Shown: positions 15,942-23,243 of the stretch, piece by piece
Layout: every line of letters begins with the position of its first letter
How positions within the stretch are numbered: the first letter of the stretch is position 1
DNA from: Clostridia bacterium
GTDB lineage: Bacteria; Bacillota; Clostridia; Christensenellales; Aristaeellaceae
Direction: 5' to 3'
Length of the DNA: 64,000 nucleotides
Assembly: GCA_017443295.1 (NCBI GenBank)
Contig: JAFSNT010000230.1
Location: forward strand, 1,709 to 65,708
Notes under the pieces: model-generated
Seen by the model: the letters and a program-made list of their open reading frames with translations, nothing else
Told to the model about the DNA's origin: nothing
The model's database searches: none
Program-made: the position numbers and the translations under genes

Positions 15942-17936
15942 TTACCACAACGCCTTTTCCGCGTCTTTACCATCGGCAAAGGGGCCGGGCAGGGCGGAAA
16001 GGCCCCGGTGATTGCCGAAATAGTCCCGATCGAACAGGATATCGGTGCCGTCGGGGTTCTCGAAGCGCTGTTCCGGCTCGAACGCCTTGCCCAGGGTGTC
16101 GCTGGAAACCAGGCCCACCCGGAAATCCTTGATGATGTCGTAGACGTTGGTGTTCAGGCAGGGCTTCCCGTCCTTTTCGGTCAGTTCCACGGTAGCGGGC
16201 AGTTTTTCGTCCGCCACGAAGCCCTGATCCTCATGCTTGCTGACGGTGGCCCCGGCCAAATAGGCGTTGCCATGCACCCTCACAGGCAGATGACCGAAGT
16301 GGTACTGCGCCAGCGCGCCCATATCCGGCTCCCGATCCATCATGAAATGGGAAATCCACTCATCGTAGGAGGGGAAAATGTCCATGGGCGCGGTGCCCAC
16401 CCGTTCATAATCGCTGGCCGTGGGCTGGCGGTCGGGGTCGGTGATGGGATAGTGCTGCACGAAAATGTTGTTGTAAATGCGGTCGTCGCCGTGGAGGATG
16501 GTCATGAACCCGGCCACCTCCGTGCGGTGGCGGATGTGGTAGGGGGTATAGCGGGGTTCCCGCTGACCGTTCACCACGCTGTCCACGCCGGAATTCACCA
16601 GGCCGAAGCCGCCGAGCATCAGGTTATGCACGCAGGCCAGGCCCTCGCTGGGCATGACCACGGAGACCTTGGAAAGCAGCACGTTGTTGTCGATCAAGGT
16701 CGGGCCGTGGCCCACCTCGATGAACACGTCGCAGTTGAACATGGCCCCCTGGGCCTTGCTCCGGCCTTCGGGCATCATGTTATCGTGCATCAGGTTCTGG
16801 GAAATGCGCGCGCCCTGGGCCTGCCAGTCGCACCACACGCCCATGATGCAGTGGTGAATGTGGTTGCGGCGGATGGTCACGTCGATGGCGGCGTGCAGCT
16901 TGATCCCGGCGGTTTCCGCACCGCCTAACTGCTGGGAATTGCAGACGTGGTGAATGTGGCAGTCCTCAATGGTGGAGAACACACCGCCCATGCGGCCCAC
17001 GATGCCAGTCTGCTCGCAATGGTGTACCTCGCAGCGGCGGATGATGTGGCCGCCCACCTTTTCCTTGAGCCAGCCGTGATACTGGCCCCGGCACACGGCG
17101 TCCCGCTCCATCTGGGTGGGGGATTTCACGTGCTTGGTGTAGAAGTACATATCGTTTTCCGGGTCGAGATATTTGCCCAGGGAAATGCCGCAGCACTTGC
17201 TGTTGCTGATCTCGCAGTCCTCGATGATCCAGCCACGGCTCCAGTGGGGGCCGATCATGCCGTCCTGGTACGCGGCGGGCGGCGCCCAGGTGGTGGCCGC
17301 CTTGTCGATTTTAAAACCGCTGACGGTGATATAGCCCACGCCGGTTTTGTCCGGCATGAAACAGTTGCGCCGCACGGTGATTTCCACCTTTTCCCGGTTG
17401 GGGTCCTTGCCCTGGAAATTGGCGTACAATACGGTTTCGCCGCCGTCCTGCTCGGTGTACCAGAGGTACTTGGCTTCCTCCTGGTTCCAGGCGCAGGGGT
17501 CGGGCTTTCCGGCCATACATTCTTCCAAACTGACGGTTTCATACAGCATCCGGTCGTTCAGGAACACCGCGCCGGTATGCCGCACGGTGGGGGCGAAGTA
17601 CCAGTCGCCGCAGACCATAGTAGTGTAAGGATTGTAGTTGGCAAACACGCCGTTGTCCACCCGGTTCACCCACACGGTGCCCTGATAGGGCTTCCAGCCG
17701 GTGAGCGTTTCCGCGCCGGTGATCACCGCGCCTAAGGGCTGTTCCGAACGGTACACGATGCGCATTTCTTCCGTGCCGGCGTTCTGGGGATTCACATATT
17801 CCCGGTAAATGCCTGGGGCCACGATGATTTCATCCCCGGGCAGGGCAATTTGCGCCGCGTCGTTGATGCGGCGGAAGGGGGTTTCCTTGCTGCCGTTGCC
17901 CTCTTTGGGCGCGGCGGTGTTGACATAATAAAGCAT
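15942..17936 (-). CDS. right-handed parallel beta-helix (pectin-lyase fold) protein, function unknown
   Basis: 664 aa with AAAGGAG RBS and no signal peptide. The N-terminus GSKETPFRRINDAAQIALPGDEIIVAPGIYRE is typical of DUF1565/beta-helix proteins. Repeated Hxx/IxN beta-helix turns. Confidence 0.55.
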   Translation of the reverse strand: MLYYVNTAAPKEGNGSKETPFRRINDAAQIALPGDEIIVAPGIYREYVNPQNAGTEEMRIVYRSEQPLGAVITGAETLTGWKPYQGTVWVNRVDNGVFANYNPYTTMVCGDWYFAPTVRHTGAVFLNDRMLYETVSLEECMAGKPDPCAWNQEEAKYLWYTEQDGGETVLYANFQGKDPNREKVEITVRRNCFMPDKTGVGYITVSGFKIDKAATTWAPPAAYQDGMIGPHWSRGWIIEDCEISNSKCCGISLGKYLDPENDMYFYTKHVKSPTQMERDAVCRGQYHGWLKEKVGGHIIRRCEVHHCEQTGIVGRMGGVFSTIEDCHIHHVCNSQQLGGAETAGIKLHAAIDVTIRRNHIHHCIMGVWCDWQAQGARISQNLMHDNMMPEGRSKAQGAMFNCDVFIEVGHGPTLIDNNVLLSKVSVVMPSEGLACVHNLMLGGFGLVNSGVDSVVNGQREPRYTPYHIRHRTEVAGFMTILHGDDRIYNNIFVQHYPITDPDRQPTASDYERVGTAPMDIFPSYDEWISHFMMDREPDMGALAQYHFGHLPVRVHGNAYLAGATVSKHEDQGFVADEKLPATVELTEKDGKPCLNTNVYDIIKDFRVGLVSSDTLGKAFEPEQRFENPDGTDILFDRDYFGNHRGLSALPGPFADGKDAEKALW

Positions 17937-17980
17937 GGATAGAACTCCTTTTCATTGTCATTTCATTGGCGGAAAACCGT

Positions 17981-18505
17981 CTATTTCGCCGGAGGGCATT
18001 TTTCTTTCAAAAACGCGAGCAGGGCGTCCTTTTCATCGCCTAAGCAGCGAACCGGAAGGATGTATGCCCGATAAAGGCCGTCGTACAAGTACAGGCGGAA
18101 GGGCGTTTCCACGATGCGGATGATGTCGCCATAGGCGACCCGCCGCATGGATTTTTCCGTTGTTTGGATCATTTCCGTATCGGTGAATTCTATATCCGCC
18201 TCCGGTTCATAAGGCAGTTTGCCTTCCTTCGCGGCACGCTCGATCTTCCTGCGGACACCCCTTTCCCGCATGCTGGGAAAACGGAAAAAGGATACCGCCG
18301 AAAAGTACGCCAAAATGATCCCGCCAATCACCAAAACCGTTTCCGACGCTCGAAACGCCAGCAGTACCAGCATGACAAACGCGGAAAGAAACAATGCTGT
18401 CAGCCTGCCGAGCAGCAGGTTCTTTTTTGCATCCGAGTGATGGCGCATAGCGTCCAGGTTAAAAGCAATATAATCTTCTTCCGTTACAGTAACATGAAAC
18501 TTCAT
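17981..18505 (-). CDS. YcxB-like membrane protein
   Basis: Two central TM helices followed by a YcxB-like C-domain (..FRLYLYDGLYRAYILP..). By recall. Confidence 0.5.
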   Translation of the reverse strand: MKFHVTVTEEDYIAFNLDAMRHHSDAKKNLLLGRLTALFLSAFVMLVLLAFRASETVLVIGGIILAYFSAVSFFRFPSMRERGVRRKIERAAKEGKLPYEPEADIEFTDTEMIQTTEKSMRRVAYGDIIRIVETPFRLYLYDGLYRAYILPVRCLGDEKDALLAFLKEKCPPAK

Positions 18506-18557
18506 GGCGTTCTCTTTCTTTAATTACAATTCAATTGACCGATCATGCGGCGTGAAG

Positions 18558-18815
18558 CTAAAAGTTCGTCCAGAAGAAAGCTTTCAGCTTGAGGACGGCT
18601 TCGTATTCGTCCTCGCCCTCCAAGGTCACCTTCACCGTGTCGCCCTGACGGATGCCCAGGCCCATGAGCCCTAAGATGTTCTTGGCGTCGGCTGTTTTTT
18701 CATCCTTGGCAACGGAAACGGCGCAGGCGTACTGCCGCGCTTCCTTCACCAAAATCCCCGCGTGGCGGGCGTGCATCCCCACGGGGGCCTTGATGGTGTA
18801 CATGAAGGACTGCAT
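18558..18815 (-). CDS. ptsH: HPr-family phosphocarrier protein (His15 present, Ser46 replaced by Asn)
   Basis: 85 aa. GMHARHAG corresponds to GIHARPA. The regulatory-site region reads ADAKNILGLMGLG instead of ..KSIMGVMSLG. Confidence 0.8.
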   Translation of the reverse strand: MQSFMYTIKAPVGMHARHAGILVKEARQYACAVSVAKDEKTADAKNILGLMGLGIRQGDTVKVTLEGEDEYEAVLKLKAFFWTNF

Positions 18816-18848
18816 AGGACGCCCCCTTTCACGTGAACCCGTTATAGT

Positions 18849-18958
18849 AGAGTTGAGAGTTAAGAGTTGAGAGTTGAGATCATATAGTGGTCATCATGGA
18901 AGAATCGCATTTGATGCACTATATACATCTCAACTCTCCGCTCTCAACTCTCAACTCT
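18849..18958. repeat. heptad-arm hairpin element D (AGAGTTG flavour, 32-nt arms)
   Basis: agagttgagagttaagagttgagagttgagat versus the reverse complement of 18927-18958. Mismatches occur only in the central heptad. 46-nt loop. Confidence 0.9.
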
Positions 18959-18969
18959 ATTTGACCCAA

Positions 18970-20553
18970 TCAGATTTCCAAGAGATTACTAAACGCCTTT
19001 AACGCCCCGTCGGTATCGTGGGCCAGGACGCGCTTGGCCAGCACCTTGCCTAACTGCACGCCCTCCTGGTCGAAGCTGTTCAGGTTCCACACAAAGCCTT
19101 GGAACATGACCTTGTTTTCAAAATGGCTGAGCAGCGCGCCAAGGGCTTCCGGGGTGAGCTGTTTGCCGATGATGATGGAGGAGGGCCGTCCGCCCGCAAA
19201 ATTCTTGTTGGGATTGGCGTCGGTCTTGCCGCAGGCGAAGGCCATGATCTGGGCCGCTACGTTGGCGCACAGCTTCTGCTGGCTGGTGCTGCCCTGGATA
19301 TCCACGTCCATGCCCGCCTGATTCTGGCTGAAGCCCACGAACTGGAGCGGCACGATGTCGGTGCCCTGGTGCAAAAGCTGATAGAAAGAGTGCTGGCCAT
19401 TGGTGCCCGGTTCGCCGAAGATGATGGGGCCGGTCACGCAGGACACGGGCTCGCCGAAGCGGTTCACGCTCTTGCCGTTGCTCTCCATATCCAGCTGCTG
19501 CAAGTGGGCGGGGAAGCGGGAAAGGGCCTGGGAGTAGGGCAGCACGGCGGTGGCGGGATAACCCTGCACGTTGCGCTCGTACACGCCGATGAGGGCGTCC
19601 AGCATGGCGGGGTTCTGTTTGATGTCGGCGTTCTTGGCGAGGGCATCTTCTTCCGCCGCGCCGCTTAAGAACCGGGCGAACACCTCCGGCCCAAAGGCCA
19701 GGGACAGCACCGCGCCGCCTACGCAGGAGGTGGAGGAATAGCGGCCGCCGATGTAATCGTCCATGAAGAAAGCGGCCAGGTAATCACTGCTGCTGGCCAG
19801 GGGGCTGGTTTCGCTGGTGACGGCCACCATATGATTGGCAGGATCCAACCCGGCGTTTTTCAGCGCGTCCTTCACGAAGGCTTCGTTGGTCAGGGTTTCC
19901 AGGGTGGTGCCGGATTTGCTCACCAGCACGAACAGGGAATGGGGCAGGTCGATGGACTTTAACACGCTGGCCGCGTCGTCGGGGTCCACGTTGCTGATGA
20001 ACCGGGCTTCCATTTTGAAGCACCCGTTCTGCTTAGCCCAGTTTTCCAGCGCCAGATACATGGCACGGGGGCCCAAATCGCTGCCGCCGATGCCGATCTG
20101 CACCACGGTGGTGAACTTTTCACCGGCCGCGTTGGTGATTTCCCCCGCGTGTACCTTCTTGGCGAATTCCGCCGCTTTCTGCTGCTGGGCCACGTAGAAG
20201 TCCCGCTTGTTCACACCGTCGGCAGTCACGTCGCTGCCAAGCTGACCACGGGTCAATTGATGCAGCACCAGGCGCTTTTCGCCGGTGTTGATCACCGCGC
20301 CGTCGTACAGCGCTTCGTACTTTTGCGTGAGCTGGGCTTCGTCGGCCAGGGCCTGCAGTGCGGACAGCACTTCATCGTCCACCTGCTTGGCGGCGTAATG
20401 GTAGGTCAGCCCTGCGGCCATGGGCGCGGCGTATTCCGCAACGCGCTTGGCCCCGTTTTCCCCGGCCATGGCTTCTTGCAGGTTCACATGGTTTTTCAGT
20501 TCGTTCAGCTTGCCGTAGGCGGGCAGCATATCAAGATTTTTCCAGGAAATCAT
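18970..20553 (-). CDS. pgi: glucose-6-phosphate isomerase
   Basis: ORF trimmed to the ATG at 20553 (MISWKNLDMLPAYGKLNELK, RBS AAAGGAAAG). Long-type PGI, ~527 aa, with ..GIGGSDLGP.. and ..FDQEGVQLGK.. motifs. Confidence 0.9.
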   Translation of the reverse strand: MISWKNLDMLPAYGKLNELKNHVNLQEAMAGENGAKRVAEYAAPMAAGLTYHYAAKQVDDEVLSALQALADEAQLTQKYEALYDGAVINTGEKRLVLHQLTRGQLGSDVTADGVNKRDFYVAQQQKAAEFAKKVHAGEITNAAGEKFTTVVQIGIGGSDLGPRAMYLALENWAKQNGCFKMEARFISNVDPDDAASVLKSIDLPHSLFVLVSKSGTTLETLTNEAFVKDALKNAGLDPANHMVAVTSETSPLASSSDYLAAFFMDDYIGGRYSSTSCVGGAVLSLAFGPEVFARFLSGAAEEDALAKNADIKQNPAMLDALIGVYERNVQGYPATAVLPYSQALSRFPAHLQQLDMESNGKSVNRFGEPVSCVTGPIIFGEPGTNGQHSFYQLLHQGTDIVPLQFVGFSQNQAGMDVDIQGSTSQQKLCANVAAQIMAFACGKTDANPNKNFAGGRPSSIIIGKQLTPEALGALLSHFENKVMFQGFVWNLNSFDQEGVQLGKVLAKRVLAHDTDGALKAFSNLLEI

Positions 20554-20772
20554 AGCGCACTTTCCTTTCTTTTCGCCCGCCGGAACCTCGCCCGGCAGAA
20601 CGTTTATTTCCCTTCCATTATTGCATAAAAACCTCATACTTGCAACAGAAAAAAAGGCGATATTTCCTCATTGTATTTTATTTGTTTTCCTCTTGACTTT
20701 AATGCTTTTATGCGCTAAAGTGTAAATCGTTAAAGCGAAAGCCGCATTTGCGCGGAGAAGGAAGGACAAACA

Positions 20773-22368
20773 ATGATTCTCAAAATCCTGCTGCTGATCG
20801 TATTCTTTGGGCTGATGGTGGGCATCGGCCTGTACTGCCGCCGCAACGCCACCGACGTGAACGGCTTCGTACTGGGCGGCCGGGCGGTAGGCCCGTGGCT
20901 GACGGCCTTCGCCTATGGCACCTCATATTTTTCCGCCGTTATTTTTGTCGGCTATGCGGGCCAGTTCGGCTGGAAGTTCGGCATTGCCGCCACGTGGATC
21001 GGCATCGGCAACGCGGTGATCGGGTCGCTAATGGCCTGGGCGGTGCTGGGGCGCCGCACCCGGATCATGACCCAGCACCTGCAAAGCGCCACCATGCCGG
21101 ATTTCTTTGCAAAGCGGTTCAATTCCCAGTCCCTTAAAATCATTTCCGCCGTGGTGATCTTCGTTTTCCTCATCCCCTACACCGCCAGTTTGTACAATGG
21201 CCTGAGCCGCCTGTTTGAAATGGCTTTCGGCATCCCCTACATCTGGTGCGTCATAGCCATGTCTGTACTGACGGCCATTTACGTGATCGCCGGCGGCTAT
21301 ATGGCCACCGCCATCAACGATTTCATTCAGGGCATCATCATGATCTTCGGCATCATCGCCGTGATCGCCGCGGTGCTGGGCTACAAAGGCGGGTTCATGG
21401 GCGCCCTGGAGGGCCTGGCCAACGCCAAGGTGACGGAAGCGGAAGTGGCTGCCACCCCGGCCGTGGGCATCAAGGGCATCTTCAATTCCTTCTTCGGCCC
21501 CGATCCCCTGGGGCTGCTGGGTGTGGTGATCCTCACCTCCCTGGGCACCTGGGGCCTGCCCCAGATGGTGGGCAAGTTCTACGCCATCAAGCGCGAAGGC
21601 GATATCCATAAGGGCACCATCATTTCAACCGCCTTCGCGGTGATCGTGGCCGGCGGGTGCTATTTCCTGGGCGGCTTCGGGCGGCTGTTCACCGGGGATC
21701 CCGGCATCCAGTTCAACGACAAGGGCGGCATCATTTATGACTCCATCGTTCCCGCCATGCTCCAGTCCAGTTTGGGAGACCTGCTCATCGCGGTGGTGAT
21801 CATCCTGGTGCTGTCCGCCTCCATGAGTACCCTGTCCTCCCTGGTACTCACCTCCTCCTCTACCCTGACGCTGGACCTGCTCAAGGGCCACGCGGTCAAG
21901 AAAATGGATGAAAAGAACCAACTGCTGACTATGCGCGTACTCATCGTGGTGTTCATCGCCATTTCCGCCGTCATCGCCATCATTCAGGTCAAATCCCCGG
22001 TGGCCTTCATCGCCCAGGCCATGGGCGTCAGCTGGGGGGCCATGGCCGGTGCGTTCCTTGCGCCCTTCCTGTACGGGCTGTACTGGAAAAGGGCCACGGC
22101 CCTTTCCTGCTGGGCATCCATTCTGTTCTCCAGCATTTTCATGACCCTGGTAATGTTCAACCAGCTGGGCGTACTGACGCTGAATCTGGGGCTGCTTGCC
22201 TCCCCCATCAATTCCGGCGCGTTCTGCATGCTGGCCGGTTTGGTGCTGGTGCCGCTGGTCAGCCTCATCACCCCCGCTCCGGACAAGAAGTTGGTGGACA
22301 ATGCCTTCTCCTGCTACAGCCAGAAGGTGCTGGTCAAGCAGAGCGAAGCCCTGGCCGACCCCGAATAA
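20773..22368 (+). CDS. sodium:solute symporter (SSS) family transporter
   Basis: 531 aa, about 13 TM helices, N-terminal pattern ..GFVLGGRAVGPWLTAFAYGTSYFSAV.. typical of PutP/PanF-type SSS. Substrate unknown. Confidence 0.8.
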   Translation: MILKILLLIVFFGLMVGIGLYCRRNATDVNGFVLGGRAVGPWLTAFAYGTSYFSAVIFVGYAGQFGWKFGIAATWIGIGNAVIGSLMAWAVLGRRTRIMTQHLQSATMPDFFAKRFNSQSLKIISAVVIFVFLIPYTASLYNGLSRLFEMAFGIPYIWCVIAMSVLTAIYVIAGGYMATAINDFIQGIIMIFGIIAVIAAVLGYKGGFMGALEGLANAKVTEAEVAATPAVGIKGIFNSFFGPDPLGLLGVVILTSLGTWGLPQMVGKFYAIKREGDIHKGTIISTAFAVIVAGGCYFLGGFGRLFTGDPGIQFNDKGGIIYDSIVPAMLQSSLGDLLIAVVIILVLSASMSTLSSLVLTSSSTLTLDLLKGHAVKKMDEKNQLLTMRVLIVVFIAISAVIAIIQVKSPVAFIAQAMGVSWGAMAGAFLAPFLYGLYWKRATALSCWASILFSSIFMTLVMFNQLGVLTLNLGLLASPINSGAFCMLAGLVLVPLVSLITPAPDKKLVDNAFSCYSQKVLVKQSEALADPE

Positions 22369-22376
22369 ACAGTTTT

Positions 22377-22476
22377 CAGAGTACAGAGTGCAGAGTTCAG
22401 ATTATTTAGTCAATATCATCAGCGTACCTGCAATAATGTAAACTATCTTCATCTGAACTCTGTACTCTGAACTCTC
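22377..22476. repeat. heptad-arm hairpin element E (CAGAGTN flavour, 26-nt arms)
   Basis: Left arm 22377-22402 versus right arm 22451-22476, 23/26 complementary. Wedged between convergent genes. Confidence 0.9.
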
Positions 22477-23017
22477 TATCTCCCATCACATGGTATTCTT
22501 TCCCCTCCAGTGTCTTCCACCGGAACACGCCGTCCTTCAGCGTCATATAGCCGCGGGCGGTGTTTTCTTTTGGGATAGATACTGAGCCGGGGTTCAGATA
22601 CCAGTATTCCCCCCGGTTTTCCCAGGCGGGCACGTGGGTGTGGCCGTGGAGCAGGATATCCCCCTTTTTCAGGGGCGGCGGGTTTTGCGTGTTGAAATGG
22701 TGCCCGTGGGTGGCAAACAGCACCCGGCCCTCCACCTCCAGCAGAGCGTAATCCGCCATTATAGGAAATTGCAGCACCATCTGGTCCACCTCCGTGTCGC
22801 AATTGCCGCGCACGCACAGGATATCCTGCCTGCGCTCGTTCAGCAGGGCGATCACTTCCTTGGGCGCGTACCCTTCCGGCAGATCGTTCCGGGGGCCATG
22901 ATACAGCACGTCGCCCAACAACAGCAGCCGATCCGCCTTTTCCCGATCATAGGCTTCCAGCATTTCCCTGCAAAATACCGCCGATCCGTGAATATCCGAC
23001 GCGATAAACAGCTTCAT
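22406..23017 (-). CDS. yfcE: YfcE-family metallophosphoesterase with repeat-encoded C-terminal tail
   Basis: ORF 22406..23254 trimmed to MKLFIASDIHGS at 23017. Motifs GDVLYHGPRN, GNCD and GHTH are present. The last ~25 codons run through the heptad hairpin at 22377-22476. Confidence 0.8.
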   Translation of the reverse strand: MKLFIASDIHGSAVFCREMLEAYDREKADRLLLLGDVLYHGPRNDLPEGYAPKEVIALLNERRQDILCVRGNCDTEVDQMVLQFPIMADYALLEVEGRVLFATHGHHFNTQNPPPLKKGDILLHGHTHVPAWENRGEYWYLNPGSVSIPKENTARGYMTLKDGVFRWKTLEGKEYHVMGDREFRVQSSDEDSLHYCRYADDID

Positions 23018-23243
23018 ATTCCTTTTCCCCCTTCTGAATAACCCTTCGTTCCGCGTCTTTTTATTGTAACCGGATCGGAATAAACCGTCAAGCGTTCGGC
23101 TGAAAACAACCGTCGGCGGCAAACGTGAATCGTTGATTCTTTTTCCCCATCCCGTCATTTGGGACTGGGCAGGAGAGGCAAAATGTGGTATACTGGGGAT
23201 GTTCATTCCACCCCGCATTATCACCGGATGAGGAGCGATCATT

